From Alphaproteobacteria bacterium (GTDB lineage: Bacteria > Pseudomonadota > Alphaproteobacteria > UBA8317): 53,622 nt of DNA. A program made the translations under genes and the position numbers. Each line of letters opens with the position of its first letter. Position 1 is the stretch's first letter. Below are positions 22,303 to 33,506 of this stretch, in pieces. The DNA lies in NCBI GenBank assembly GCA_038131935.1, contig JAYPQH010000006.1:1-53622 (forward strand), written 5' to 3'. The notes under the pieces were generated by a model that worked only from the letters and a program-made list of their open reading frames with translations, did not search any database and had not been told where the DNA came from.

Positions 22303-23054
22303 ATGAAGTTAAATCATGTAGCACTCAATGCGATAAAAGTGTTGGAAACAGATAAGCATATCAATGCGCAGAATTTGGCCAACATCTCTGTTCCTGGTTA
22401 CCGTCGTGATCTGCCAGCAAGCCGTGAAAGTAGCTTTCTGCAGGCCTTAGATCAGTTCACCACCAGGGTATATAGCCGTGTTAGCACAGATAACAGCTTC
22501 TCCGATCAACCAGGGAAGCTGAACCCCACCGGGGACAATATGGATATTTCCATTGAAGGCGCGGGATATTTTTTCATCAAACCAGAAAATGCACCAGAGG
22601 CTCTGTCACGTCGTGGTGATTTTAGCGTCAATGGGGCTGGGTTTTTGGTTGATGGATCTGGACATCAAGTTCTTGATGACAGTTTGTCACCGATCAATAT
22701 CCCACCTTTTCGTACATTTGTGGTAAACGAACTTGGCGAGATATTTATTGAGCCGCAAGATGGTGCACCTGGTCAACGGATCAATGTCGGTATTATTGGC
22801 ACAACGCTGGCGGGGGATACGCGATTAGGAAAATCAACAGATGGCTTGATCCGGCCGGTAGGAGGTGCAGAGTTACCAGCGGCCGATCAAAAGGCAAAGA
22901 TCGCGCAAGGCTACCTAGAAGCCAGTAACGTTTCCACTGTTGAGGAATTGGTGGTCTCCTTGAAACACAGCGTAGGGTGGAGATGGTGACCAAATTGATG
23001 GAAACGTCAAAGCAGAATGACGAAAGTTCCACAGAAATCATGGGTCTTCCCTGA
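22303..23054 (+). CDS. flgF: Basal-body rod protein FlgF (frameshifted near 22960)
   Basis: NLANISVPGYR, DISIEGAGYF, SRRGDF, GYLEASNV. C-terminus continues in another frame (EMVTKLMETSKQNDESSTEIMGLP*). Confidence 0.88.
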
Positions 23055-23067
23055 TCTGAAAAACTAT

Positions 23068-23084
23068 TTGGCATAGCCCTTGCA
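23068..23084 (+). promoter_or_regulatory. sigma54 promoter of the flgG operon
   Basis: TTGGCATAGCCCTTGCA. Confidence 0.8.
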
Positions 23085-23166
23085 AAGCTCCTTTAGACAA
23101 TAAGATGTAACCAAGAGATTTGCGCACAAACGTGATCAAATCTTATGTTTTCGAGGAGTTCGGACA

Positions 23167-23952
23167 ATGTCAACCAGCGCAATGCATGTTGCAAAAACAG
23201 GAATTAATGCACAGCAAACCCGAATGCAGGTGATTGCCAACAACCTCGCCAACGTGAACACTGCGGGTTTTAAGCGTGATCGTGTAAATTTTGAGAGCCT
23301 GCTTTATCAGGTGCAGCGCAATGGTGGTGAAGAGACATCTGATTCCAGTAATCTCTCCTCAGGTTTGTCGGTAGGTACGGGCGTTCGTGTTGTAAACACC
23401 CAAAAATTATTCACCCAAGGTCCTTTGATCAACACAGATAACTCCCTTGATTTGGCTATTGAAGGGGATGGTTTTTTCAAGGTGCAACTACCTGATAATC
23501 GTTATGCCTACACACGTGATGGTGCGTTTTCTCGTGATGCCAATGGCAACCTTGTGACCGCGAGTGGTTATCAGGTTGATGGGGGCGTTGTGATTGCAGA
23601 ATCGGCCATGAGTATCAACGTGTCGGCGGATGGCAACGTGACCTATTTGGACGCTGAGGGTAACAGTGTTCAGGCCGGCAGTCTTTTGTTGGCAAAATTT
23701 GCCAACCCACGTGGGTTGCAGCCCATTGGTGAAAACTTCCTCGTGCCTACAGATGCCAGCGGACAGCCAATTGAAGGGGCACCATTGAGTGCTGGTTTTG
23801 GGAAGTTGGTGCAAGGATCTCTAGAAAATTCCAACGTTAACGTCGTTCAGCAGTTGGTTGAAATGATCGAAACACAACGTGCTTATGAGGTAAGTTCTAA
23901 GACGATTTCATCTGTTGATGAGATGCTTCGCTACATCAACAACAATCTCTAA
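23167..23952 (+). CDS. flgG: Distal rod protein FlgG
   Basis: IANNLANVNTAGFKR, FESLLYQ, GTGVR, AYTRDGAF, EMIETQRAYE. Confidence 0.96.
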   Translation: MSTSAMHVAKTGINAQQTRMQVIANNLANVNTAGFKRDRVNFESLLYQVQRNGGEETSDSSNLSSGLSVGTGVRVVNTQKLFTQGPLINTDNSLDLAIEGDGFFKVQLPDNRYAYTRDGAFSRDANGNLVTASGYQVDGGVVIAESAMSINVSADGNVTYLDAEGNSVQAGSLLLAKFANPRGLQPIGENFLVPTDASGQPIEGAPLSAGFGKLVQGSLENSNVNVVQQLVEMIETQRAYEVSSKTISSVDEMLRYINNNL

Positions 23953-23969
23953 CATGATGGGGTAAACTG

Positions 23970-24638
23970 ATGCGCCTTGCGATATATCCTTTATGTGGAG
24001 TGGTGCTTTTTTTGGCATCTTGTGCGAGCTACACAGAAAAGCAAGCTGCCCAATCTTATAAGCCGGTAGACCCACCTGTGGTTGCGCCCGTCACAACGCA
24101 GCAACCTGCCACAGGTGCCATCTTTAAGGCCAATATGCGTGGTGGGCTTTTTGCCAATGACAACAAAGCATCACAAGTTGGTGATATTTTGACGGTCATG
24201 CTGATGGAAAATAACCGGGCACTAAAGAGCCAGTCCGTGGTGTCAGATAAAACCGGTGCACTCAATCTTGGTATTCCAAGTCTGAGTTTGGGAAAAGATA
24301 ATGGTGCCCTCTCAGGCTCTGTAACCAATACATTTGAAGGTGTTGGAGAATCCGAGCAATCAAATTCCCTGGTTGGTGAAATCTCAGTGATGGTGGTGCG
24401 CCGTTTTGCCAATGGTAACTTGGAGGTTCGTGGGCAGAAAAAACTTACCTTAAACAATGGTGATGAATATGTTCGGGTGGCGGGTATTGTGCGACCTAAA
24501 GACATTTCATCAAACAATAAAGTCAATTCTAACCGCCTGGCCAATGCGGATATTATCTATGTGGGTGCAGGTGACGTGGCGGATGTTGGTAAGAAAGGCT
24601 GGGTATCTAAGGCGTTAGATACCTTGTCGCCATTATGA
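23970..24638 (+). CDS. flgH: L-ring lipoprotein FlgH
   Basis: Lipobox [29 protein letters not shown]. Confidence 0.95.
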   Translation: MRLAIYPLCGVVLFLASCASYTEKQAAQSYKPVDPPVVAPVTTQQPATGAIFKANMRGGLFANDNKASQVGDILTVMLMENNRALKSQSVVSDKTGALNLGIPSLSLGKDNGALSGSVTNTFEGVGESEQSNSLVGEISVMVVRRFANGNLEVRGQKKLTLNNGDEYVRVAGIVRPKDISSNNKVNSNRLANADIIYVGAGDVADVGKKGWVSKALDTLSPL

Positions 24639-25816
24639 GGTGGGCCAGATCCTTCATGAAAATCCCTAAAGGCTTGGTATCTCAAGCTTTGTGGGTTTGC
24701 TTCGTGCTAACTTTAGGTGCAACGCCTGTTCTCGCCGAGCGTATCAAGGATTTGGCTAGTCTTGCAGGGGTCCGCAGCAATCAATTGGTAGGTTATGGAC
24801 TGGTTGTGGGGTTGAGTGGATCTGGTGATGGCAATTTGGGTGTCACGTTACAATCTTTGGAATCCATGCTCTCGCGTTTTGGATTGAGTGTAGATCCTGC
24901 AAGCCTCAATGGTGATAATGTGGCTGCAGTGATGGTAACATCCGAGCTTCCTCCTTTCGTAAAACCTGGCCAAACCATTGATGTGGTGGTCTCTGCAATG
25001 GGTGCCGCGGAATCCTTGCGCGGGGGAACGCTGCTGATGACGCCCTTGCTGGGGGCAGATGGTGAGACATATGCCGTAGCTCAAGGCAACCTGGCGGTCG
25101 GTGGCTTGGGGATTACGGCAGAAGATGGTTCATCACTCACCGTTAATGTGCCAACCGTTGGTCGTGTTCCCCAAGGGGCAACGGTTGAGCGAATGGTGGA
25201 TAGTCCCTTTTTAACCAATGATTACATGGTTCTTAACCTGCATATGGGTGATTTTACCATGTCTGATAATGTGGCCCGAGCCATCAATAAACTTTTGGGT
25301 AAAGATGTGGCCGTAGCCATGGATGGAACCTCGATCAGGGTCCGTGCACCATCTGATCCTGCCCAAAAGGTATCCTTTGCAAGCCTCATTCAAGATATTG
25401 AGGTTGATCCAGGGCGCCCAGCTGCAAAAGTGGTGGTGAATTCCCGCACAGGCACCATTGTGATTGGGGGCAGCGTGCGGGTGAGCAGTGCCGCGGTTGC
25501 ACATGGAAGCCTCACCTTACGGGTCACAGAGCGACAAACAGCCGATACAGGCGGGGGTGCTGGTGGTGATGCGGGGATGATGTTTGATGATGCTGGCAAT
25601 ATTATTTCGGTGGCCCCAGATCCTGTTTTGGTGCCTGAAAGCACCATAGATGTATCCGAACAGCCTGCCCGTGCATTTATGTTTACCCGTGATATTGCTT
25701 TGGACGAAATCGTCCAGGCTATCAATGAAATCGGTGCGACACCAAGTGACTTGGTGGCTATTTTGGAAGCCTTGAAGGTGGCTGGTGCGCTACGCGCTGA
25801 GCTGATTGTGATATGA
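24635..25816 (+). CDS. flgI: P-ring protein FlgI
   Basis: [49 protein letters not shown]. Confidence 0.96.
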   Translation: MRWARSFMKIPKGLVSQALWVCFVLTLGATPVLAERIKDLASLAGVRSNQLVGYGLVVGLSGSGDGNLGVTLQSLESMLSRFGLSVDPASLNGDNVAAVMVTSELPPFVKPGQTIDVVVSAMGAAESLRGGTLLMTPLLGADGETYAVAQGNLAVGGLGITAEDGSSLTVNVPTVGRVPQGATVERMVDSPFLTNDYMVLNLHMGDFTMSDNVARAINKLLGKDVAVAMDGTSIRVRAPSDPAQKVSFASLIQDIEVDPGRPAAKVVVNSRTGTIVIGGSVRVSSAAVAHGSLTLRVTERQTADTGGGAGGDAGMMFDDAGNIISVAPDPVLVPESTIDVSEQPARAFMFTRDIALDEIVQAINEIGATPSDLVAILEALKVAGALRAELIVI

Positions 25817-26136
25817 TGGACAAATTTCCGCTTGATATCATGCAAAAAAATGTCCTTTTGGCGAGGCCTGAGGATAACAAAAATCCTGATCGAGCCGTTA
25901 AAGAATTAGAGGCTGTGGCGGAGCAATTTGAAGCGTTGCTGGTAGAAAAAATGTTCGCTGCAGGACGTGCCAGTAAGCTTGCTGAGGATCCTATGGGAAA
26001 TAAAGCCACAGATACGTTTTACAGTTTACTTGATCGAGAATATGCGATCAGTGCGGCGGACCAAGGATCCTTTGGTATTGCAGAAGCTCTGGTTGCGCAG
26101 TTTCGGCATCATGTTCAAGCTTCAGGAGATCGTTGA
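25813..26136 (+). CDS. flgJ: Single-domain FlgJ (rod-binding domain only, no muramidase)
   Basis: [30 protein letters not shown]; 107 aa. Confidence 0.88.
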   Translation: MMDKFPLDIMQKNVLLARPEDNKNPDRAVKELEAVAEQFEALLVEKMFAAGRASKLAEDPMGNKATDTFYSLLDREYAISAADQGSFGIAEALVAQFRHHVQASGDR

Positions 26137-29100
26137 TGGCCGGTATCCTGGATATCGCCAAAAGTGCGGTTAATGCCCATCGAGAGGCATTGAACCAAAC
26201 AGGTCAGAATATTGCCAATGCGAGCACGGAAGGGTACCGCCGTCGCGAAGCCGTTTTGGCGGAGGTTTCAGGGTCTCAAAGTGAACTCAATGCCAAAACC
26301 CAACAGCAGGGATTGGGCGTTCGCGTGAGCGAGATCCGTCGAGGTTTTGATCAATCATTACAAAACCGCGCCATGAATGCCACAGCAGGATTTGCCTCTA
26401 CGGAAACCATGTTGGAACAATTGCGTGTTCTTGAAAATACGCTTCTGCCTGCGGATGGCGATTTGACCGTTGCCATGGGGGCATTTTTTTCTGCGATGAC
26501 AGATGTTGCTGCATCCCCAGATGATTTATCTGCCCGTAATTTGTTGCTGAGCCAAGCCACAAGCCTTACCCAAGCCTTTGCGATCAATACGGAATCCGTA
26601 GCGGTTTTGGCTGATGATACCTATGATATGACAGTGGCCGCGACTGATCGGGTAAACGCATTGACGTCAGCTGTGGCGAAGGTGAACGAACAGCTGCGCT
26701 CAGGTTCGTACAGCACACCTTCACTCGCTTTGATGGATGAGCGTGACCGCTTGCTTGGTCTGTTGGCGGAAGAGGTTGGTATTTCGGTAGATTTTGGAAG
26801 CCGTCAGGAAGCAAATGTACGGTTGGGTATTAATGGTTCTGGTCCTCTTTTGGTATCTGGCGTCGAATCTCAAAATCTATTTATGACCCGTCGCGAAGAT
26901 CAGTTGGATGTTGTTACAGGTGCTGGACGCAACGTAACCTCAAGTGCGGATAGTGGTCTTTTGCGTGGTGCCATCGATAGTTATGCTGTAACAGGCCAAG
27001 CCCTCACAAGGTTGGATCAATTGGCACGTGATTTGGTGGCGCAAACCAATAAGATTCATGCCCAAGGGGTGGATTTAAATGGCCGACCTGGCGGGGCCAT
27101 GTTCGCATCAGCAGCATTTGTTGCCAATATGCCGCCACAAGCCGATGACCGTCTGTCCGTAGATTTTACACCGGAGCCTGGTGGTGTTGATAGCATCAGT
27201 TCCTTGGTTGCACAGTTTGATACAGGGACGTCCCAATGGCTGGTGCGTGATCAATCTGGACAGCTGCTAGGTCAGGGGCATGGGGTCATCGAAACCAACG
27301 CCGGCGTGGTTCGGATTGATGGGAAGGCGCAAGAAGGTGATGTCATCGAGTTTTCTCGAATGAAGGGTGATGCGCAGCGGTTAGAATTTTTGTTGGTTGA
27401 TCCAGAATCTATCGCGGCGGCTTCTTCCGTTTTGGGCACTGCGCGTGCCTCAAACCTGGGAGGAGCCGTGATTTCGGTGGCCATGGCCGAACAAGGGTTG
27501 TCAGGTCTTCCCTTGCTGTCTGACCGTTTACCCAATTCACTTAGTGGGGTGACGGCTTCGACCTTCCGTAACCCTGGGTTTGTGGGCATCATCCCACAAG
27601 GTGCTGGCTCTGTTGAATTGGCAAGTTTTGCAACACAGCCTAATGTGCTGATGACAGCAACCAACATGAGAGATCTAGAAACCTTTTCCTTCAATTACGA
27701 AGGTTTAAACTACGAATTTGATCTCAATAAATTCCCTGACCCTGATGCTCAAGATGGGGTAGGACAGTTCGATGTGGTTCGGGATATTCCAGCCTTCAAC
27801 ACGCTGGTAGCAAACAATGGTGGCACGACGGATGGATTGAACATCTTGCAAGTTTATGAGGGTAAGGACATCCCAGACTTGCTCAATCAAGGCGTTCTTC
27901 AAGGAAGGGATCAGGCTGGCAATTGGGTTAGTCTCGCTGATTTGGGTATGCATGCCGCAGGTGATGGGGTAAGTTTGTCAATTGTGGCAGCAAAGGGAGA
28001 ATTTTCTCAGCCTAGCATGAGCGCAACCAATCCCTCGGTTAATGATGTGCAGGCCGTGGAACGTGCGGCTGTAGATGCCAGCCAGATACAAGTTTTTACC
28101 CGCGAGGGGCGGCATATTGCAGGTTCATCATTGTCACCAACAGAAATTCAACAATTTCTGACAACAGATAATGGCTTTTTCTCAGAAGCAGAGTATCGTG
28201 CTGACTATTTAAACGCAGCCCAAGGTGTTGGTTACCGCGGGTTAGATATTAACCGTTATGTTGATGCTGGTACGTTTCGGGCCAATTTTTCAATTGTTTC
28301 ATCTGCAGATGGGATTTCTTCGGGTAATGGCGTTATTACTTCTGGGGTGAACCCATCGCCCAGTACGGTGGCACAAAATTTGACCATTGATGTCCCCCAA
28401 CTTGGGTTAACCTCTGAGGTTTCTGTGCTTGGCGGCCTCTCTGCAAAGGATGCAGCTGTTGCAATCAACCAAGAAATGGCCGCCCATGGTATTCATGCGT
28501 CCGCACAGACAAAGGTGGCCATATCACTCACTGATCCAGCATCTACGGGCCCTGTTTCTTTTGAACTCTCTACCCCCGGTGGTACATCTGTTTCCATAGA
28601 AGCGGTGGTTACAGGCGCTTCAGGTTTGGATGAGTTGGCCAAGCGTATTAATGAATATTCCATTGCAACGGGTGTGAGTGCCCATCTTACCGAAGGAAGC
28701 CAAACCTTGATCCTGGAAGATGCATCAGGACGTGATGTCATGTTGTCTGGTTTGGAAGGGCTGGGTTTGCATGCAAAATCTTTGGGCGCTGATTTTGAAG
28801 TCTTGGCTGAAAAAGATCTTTCATCAAACCAAAATCATCGCTTCCATGGTGTTATATCCATAACATCAACGTCAGCAATCAATGTCTCGTCTGATCTTGG
28901 CGGTCATGTGGATGCTTCTGCAGATCCCCTTGATAGCCCCTTGGTGCAACTAGAGCGTGCATCCTCAGGGGACCGTTTGCGTGCAGAATTTATCTTTGAT
29001 CCTGAGACAGATCTTGGAACCACGGGATCAGTAGGTGTGCGTGCCCAGGCGCCCTCGGGAAGTTATAACATTGTTTTGGATAGAGATTGGTTTGCACCTG

Positions 29101-30455
29101 TGTCGCGCACAAGTGCGGGTGTTAACAATGCTGACGATATCGCTGAGCAGATGGTACAATCTTTGCGATCACAAGCCCCAGCCATACGCCTGCAAGGGCA
29201 AGCGGTAAATTCTATGCCGTCAGAAGGCACAATCATGACCTTCACCCAAGGGGGGGAAAGCTACAGTTTACGCATGGGGCCATTGGGTGAACCTGCTGAG
29301 ATTATTGGCGTTGATGCGGGAAGATTTGTTGTCGATATGCCTTCTGATCGGAATGCGCAGACATGGAGCATTTCTACGAAAGATGGCTCCCTTTCAGGTG
29401 AACCCATCATTCCCGTATCCGGTGATATTGCAGCATTTGGGTTTGATAGCGGTACATCCCAATCACTCATTGGACGGGCTTTTACTATAGATAATGGGAC
29501 AAGCGAAACATTTGACGTGGAATTGGATGGTGAGGCCATCACCATCACGGTATCACGAGATGACAGTACCAATGGTGTGGTGGTTACATCGGATAACCCA
29601 AAGGTAACAGCTGAGGTTATAAACGCAGGAACAGCACAGCAACGCATTCGCCTGCAGGCTGATAAAGATGAAGGCCCGCTGCGTATTGTAAATGATGCTG
29701 TGGGTGCTGCTGCGATGGGGATAAAAACCACACGTGAAGAGGTCTTTGTTCGTCCTGGAGGGCTGGAGTTCCAACATCTAGACGGGAACACAGTGCAATC
29801 GCGTGTGACTTCTGAGCATCATTTGGTCAGTGAACGGTTGTCATTGCATGGTTTGCCTGATGAGGAATTGATTGTGCTGGTCACTGGTACGGGCAACAAC
29901 AAAATTGGAGCCTCATTTGGGCCACCTCCAGCCTTGGCACCCGAAAACGCACCATCATCACTGGTGTTGGAGGCAGTCGCTGGTGCTGCTGGACGTTATG
30001 AGTTGATCGATGAGGCTACGGGACAAAGCTTGGCAACGCGGACATTGGCGGCTGATAGACCTGCACAGATGCATGGTCTCGAAATTTCCATAGGGGGACA
30101 AGCGCAGACAGGTGATCTGTTCGATATCTCCTTAAATCAGCGTGCCGACCTTGATGGGCGGAATTTGGAAGCGATGGCGCAATTGGCGGTCAGTGTCGAG
30201 GGGCGGCGTGGATTGCCCGATGGGTTTCGGGATATCATTTCATCGGTGGGAGGCTCCTTGGAGGCTACTACCTTCGCAAATACCTCCGCCCAAGCGCGCA
30301 AAGATGCGGCAGATCAGGCAGTTGATGCTGTGTCAGGGGTTAATCTAGACGAAGAAGCAGCGAATCTGGTCCAGCAACAACAGGCGTTTCAAGCCGCGGC
30401 GCGTGTTTTACAAATGGCCCGTGATCTGTTTGAGACGCTGTTACAAATACGTTGA
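26133..30455 (+). CDS. flgK: Very large hook-associated protein FlgK (HAP1), 1,440 aa
   Basis: TGQNIANASTEGYRR, GLGVRVSEIRR, C-terminal VSGVNLDEEAANLVQQQQAFQAAA. Confidence 0.95.
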   Translation: MMAGILDIAKSAVNAHREALNQTGQNIANASTEGYRRREAVLAEVSGSQSELNAKTQQQGLGVRVSEIRRGFDQSLQNRAMNATAGFASTETMLEQLRVLENTLLPADGDLTVAMGAFFSAMTDVAASPDDLSARNLLLSQATSLTQAFAINTESVAVLADDTYDMTVAATDRVNALTSAVAKVNEQLRSGSYSTPSLALMDERDRLLGLLAEEVGISVDFGSRQEANVRLGINGSGPLLVSGVESQNLFMTRREDQLDVVTGAGRNVTSSADSGLLRGAIDSYAVTGQALTRLDQLARDLVAQTNKIHAQGVDLNGRPGGAMFASAAFVANMPPQADDRLSVDFTPEPGGVDSISSLVAQFDTGTSQWLVRDQSGQLLGQGHGVIETNAGVVRIDGKAQEGDVIEFSRMKGDAQRLEFLLVDPESIAAASSVLGTARASNLGGAVISVAMAEQGLSGLPLLSDRLPNSLSGVTASTFRNPGFVGIIPQGAGSVELASFATQPNVLMTATNMRDLETFSFNYEGLNYEFDLNKFPDPDAQDGVGQFDVVRDIPAFNTLVANNGGTTDGLNILQVYEGKDIPDLLNQGVLQGRDQAGNWVSLADLGMHAAGDGVSLSIVAAKGEFSQPSMSATNPSVNDVQAVERAAVDASQIQVFTREGRHIAGSSLSPTEIQQFLTTDNGFFSEAEYRADYLNAAQGVGYRGLDINRYVDAGTFRANFSIVSSADGISSGNGVITSGVNPSPSTVAQNLTIDVPQLGLTSEVSVLGGLSAKDAAVAINQEMAAHGIHASAQTKVAISLTDPASTGPVSFELSTPGGTSVSIEAVVTGASGLDELAKRINEYSIATGVSAHLTEGSQTLILEDASGRDVMLSGLEGLGLHAKSLGADFEVLAEKDLSSNQNHRFHGVISITSTSAINVSSDLGGHVDASADPLDSPLVQLERASSGDRLRAEFIFDPETDLGTTGSVGVRAQAPSGSYNIVLDRDWFAPVSRTSAGVNNADDIAEQMVQSLRSQAPAIRLQGQAVNSMPSEGTIMTFTQGGESYSLRMGPLGEPAEIIGVDAGRFVVDMPSDRNAQTWSISTKDGSLSGEPIIPVSGDIAAFGFDSGTSQSLIGRAFTIDNGTSETFDVELDGEAITITVSRDDSTNGVVVTSDNPKVTAEVINAGTAQQRIRLQADKDEGPLRIVNDAVGAAAMGIKTTREEVFVRPGGLEFQHLDGNTVQSRVTSEHHLVSERLSLHGLPDEELIVLVTGTGNNKIGASFGPPPALAPENAPSSLVLEAVAGAAGRYELIDEATGQSLATRTLAADRPAQMHGLEISIGGQAQTGDLFDISLNQRADLDGRNLEAMAQLAVSVEGRRGLPDGFRDIISSVGGSLEATTFANTSAQARKDAADQAVDAVSGVNLDEEAANLVQQQQAFQAAARVLQMARDLFETLLQIR

Positions 30456-30469
30456 GGAGTCTGTAAATT

Positions 30470-31732
30470 ATGAGTATGTCCACCAAATTATTTACCGAGC
30501 AGGCCCTAAACCGTTTTGATAGCATCGCCAAAGAAGTGCAAAAACGACAAGCACAAGTGGCGACAGGACGGCGTATCAACGAAGCTGCAGACGCGCCCAT
30601 GGATGCGGTAAAGGTTTCTGTCGGCGAGCAGCGGCTGCGTGAAGTAACGCAATATCAAGCCAATATTGAACTTGCGAACCAAAGGCTGAGTTTGACAGAT
30701 GTGGCACTTGAATCGGGTAGCAATTTGATGGTTCGGCTCAAGGAACTTGCGATTTCGGCAGCCTCTGATACCGTGAGCGCCTCTGACCGAAAAGCCATTG
30801 CTATTGAAGTTGAGCAAATCAAAGAAGCCATGCTGGGTATCGCCAATGCGCAGGATGCGCGGGGACAGGCATTGTTTGGTGGCTTATCTGCCAAAGACAG
30901 TGCATTTGTTGTCAATGATCAAGGCATTGTTGAGTATGATGGAGACACAGGCGCACGAACGATTGCTATTTCTGGAACACAGCGTGTGAGCCAGGGACTG
31001 CATGGTGCAGAAGTGTTCCAGCAAATTGAAACTTCTCAAGGTACGATCTCTGTGTTTGATGCTATCGATAGTTTTTTGCAATCGATGCAAGCCCGAGATG
31101 ACTTCGCTGTAAAATATACCAATGAAGCAGGGAGCATGTCGGTTGGGTTTAAAGGACAAGCGGAGCCACAGCTATGGAAAATGACCATCACGGGCCCACG
31201 TGGCACGGCAGATATTGCTGTGGAAATGGTCAACGGCCATGTGGGCGTAGCAGTTGATGCAATAAATGACGTATTGGGGCTAACCGGTGTTCGGGCAACA
31301 GCGTCAGATGATCAACAATATCTTCAGTTGACCTCTGATGGAGCAATTACGCTATCGCAAGTGGATATAGGTGGTGTGAGCACGGCTGGTGATCCGCCTG
31401 CTTATTATATGGAAATTACGTCCAACGAAGGTGTACAAAAACTAGCTTCAGCCAATCAAACCATCGGTGCGCAATTAGGGTTGATAGACCAAGCAACAGA
31501 ATCATTAGGGTTCTCTCGCGCCAAAGTTGGTGCACAAATCAATCAATTGGATGAGATGAACGGTATTCTTGAGCGAAGAGAATTGGTGTTGACAGAAGAT
31601 GTCAGCAAATTGCGCGACGCAGATCTGGAAAAAATAATTACCGAGTTACAGTCATTGTTGGTGAACCAAGATGCAGCGCGTCAGGTCTATAGTACGGTTT
31701 CACAAAGATCATTATTTGATTTTCTGTCATAA
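30470..31732 (+). CDS. flgL: Hook-associated protein FlgL (HAP3)
   Basis: QVATGRRINEAADAP, ANAQDARGQALFGG, RAKVGA, SLFDFL. Confidence 0.94.
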   Translation: MSMSTKLFTEQALNRFDSIAKEVQKRQAQVATGRRINEAADAPMDAVKVSVGEQRLREVTQYQANIELANQRLSLTDVALESGSNLMVRLKELAISAASDTVSASDRKAIAIEVEQIKEAMLGIANAQDARGQALFGGLSAKDSAFVVNDQGIVEYDGDTGARTIAISGTQRVSQGLHGAEVFQQIETSQGTISVFDAIDSFLQSMQARDDFAVKYTNEAGSMSVGFKGQAEPQLWKMTITGPRGTADIAVEMVNGHVGVAVDAINDVLGLTGVRATASDDQQYLQLTSDGAITLSQVDIGGVSTAGDPPAYYMEITSNEGVQKLASANQTIGAQLGLIDQATESLGFSRAKVGAQINQLDEMNGILERRELVLTEDVSKLRDADLEKIITELQSLLVNQDAARQVYSTVSQRSLFDFLS

Positions 31733-31748
31733 TGGCAAAGCATTTGCA
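31733..31748 (+). promoter_or_regulatory. sigma54-like promoter of sltF
   Basis: TGGCAAAGCATTTGCA immediately after the flgL stop. Confidence 0.6.
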
Positions 31749-31784
31749 TAGCCCATCATAGACGAAATTCTACCATGGGTTCAG

Positions 31785-32708
31785 ATGCAACAGATAGCTT
31801 ATCATTTCGTAAAAACACGAAAGACATATGGATTTTCCCTCCATATGGGCTGGCTGTTATTTGCTTCTCTAATCACCCTAGGTTTGTTAGTGGTGATAAG
31901 CCCTGCGCATGCAAGAGCAAATGATGTATGTACCCAATATGCGAAAGCGACCGAGAAGCGGCTATCGATTCCTGAAGGGATTTTGGTAGCGATCAGCCAT
32001 ATTGAAGCTGGTCGGTTGGATGCAAAGGGGCAAGTTCAAGCCTGGCCTTGGACGAGCAATATTGATGGTAGCGGGACATATTATGAGAGTTTGGATCAGG
32101 CCGTTGATGGGGTTTATGCCGCCTTACAGAAAGGGGCTGGTCAGGTTGATGTAGGCTGCATGCAGATTAACCTACGCTGGCATGGAGACAATTTTTCATC
32201 GCTTCGTGATATGTTCCAGCCTGACATCAACGTCTATTATGCAGGTAGTTTTCTCAAGACCTTGTATGAGCAAACTGGAGATTGGGACAAAGCCGTGCGC
32301 TATTACCATTCTCGAACAGCCAAATATCATGAAGCCTATTTTGCAAATTTTCAGCGTGCTTTTCAGGAGTTGAAATCTTCTGATGCCTCATACCAGACGG
32401 CTCAGTACGACCCCTCAAACAAGTCCTCCTCATTCCGTCCTAAAGCACGTCCATCTGAACAAACCTTAAGCTCAACCCATCTTGCCCAAAGCAATCATGT
32501 GAAACCTATGGCGGACTCAATTTTGGCGCTTGATCCAAAGGCTGCCCAGGCTGTGTTTTTCTTGCTTGAACGGGTGGCGCGTGGTGACTTCCCCATCGAT
32601 CTTTCTGATGATGAGGTCATTGATAGACCTCAAGAGCTACCCGTCGCCCTTCGTGTGCGCTGGGATGAGATTAAACGTTACCGAGCCGAATTTGAGAAGC
32701 GAGGTTGA
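31785..32708 (+). CDS. sltF: Flagellar soluble lytic transglycosylase (SltF-like)
   Basis: AISHIEAG (catalytic Glu), WPW, VDVGCMQINLRWH, AVRYYHS. Paired with a single-domain FlgJ. Confidence 0.8.
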   Translation: MQQIAYHFVKTRKTYGFSLHMGWLLFASLITLGLLVVISPAHARANDVCTQYAKATEKRLSIPEGILVAISHIEAGRLDAKGQVQAWPWTSNIDGSGTYYESLDQAVDGVYAALQKGAGQVDVGCMQINLRWHGDNFSSLRDMFQPDINVYYAGSFLKTLYEQTGDWDKAVRYYHSRTAKYHEAYFANFQRAFQELKSSDASYQTAQYDPSNKSSSFRPKARPSEQTLSSTHLAQSNHVKPMADSILALDPKAAQAVFFLLERVARGDFPIDLSDDEVIDRPQELPVALRVRWDEIKRYRAEFEKRG

Positions 32709-32739
32709 ACAATATGATCAACAAAAAGGAACAAACCCC

Positions 32740-33504
32740 ATGATTTCAACAATTCTTTCAGGCATTGGTGTCGCCATGAATATTATTGATGTGGTGTCCA
32801 ACAATGTGGCGAATGCCAAAACCACGGGGTTCAAAAGAACGGACATGACCTTTGGTGATGTGTATGGACAAGCAGCATCGGCTGGGAAATCTGTGGGGTC
32901 AGGTGCAATAGCATTGTCTAACCGACAGATCCACGCCCAAGGTGCTTTGTTGCAAACCGGTAATAGCCTTGATCTTGCGATCAATGGCTCCGGTTACTTT
33001 ATGTTGGCCCATCCACAGAATGATACAGATATCCTTTACACCAGAAATGGTGCGTTTCAGTTGGGTGCTGATGGTTCGATTGTGACAACAGATGGCCGAC
33101 GGTTGTTGGACCCAAAAGGTAACCCCATCAAGGTTCCACCCGTCGATGGGTCAGGGCAATTGCTGGGGAACTTGAGCATAGACAGCGGTGGTCGGGTAAC
33201 AGGTGCCTATGGAAATGGTCCAACAATGGTTTTCGGTCAGGTGGGGCTTGCGGGCTTTGCCAATGTTACAGGATTAACACAGGTAGGGATGAGCCGTTAC
33301 CAGACATCAATCGCCTCTGGTGAACCAGTGGTGCGTTTGGCAGGCCAACCAGGTGCGGGAACGATTTTATCAGGTCAGTTAGAGCAATCGAATACTGATG
33401 TTACCAGAGAATTGACCACCTTACTGCGGGCCCAGCAATCATTTGGGGCAAATTCACGTATGCTGCAAACAGAAAAATCCCTCGCTGATCGTTTTTTGCG
33501 CTAA
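32740..33504 (+). CDS. Second, short (254 aa) FlgE/F/G-family hook/rod protein
   Basis: VSNNVANAKTTGFKR, LDLAINGSGYF, YTRNGAF, LEQSNTDVTRELTTLLRAQQSFGANSR (FlgE-like C-terminus). AAGGA RBS before ATG 32740. Confidence 0.85.
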   Translation: MISTILSGIGVAMNIIDVVSNNVANAKTTGFKRTDMTFGDVYGQAASAGKSVGSGAIALSNRQIHAQGALLQTGNSLDLAINGSGYFMLAHPQNDTDILYTRNGAFQLGADGSIVTTDGRRLLDPKGNPIKVPPVDGSGQLLGNLSIDSGGRVTGAYGNGPTMVFGQVGLAGFANVTGLTQVGMSRYQTSIASGEPVVRLAGQPGAGTILSGQLEQSNTDVTRELTTLLRAQQSFGANSRMLQTEKSLADRFLR

Positions 33505-33506
33505 TT

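Noticed and set aside
17949-30455. Repaired FlgE and FlgK having the same length (1,440 aa)
   Set aside because: Depends on the start choice and indel repair; no shared sequence noticed, so treated as coincidence.
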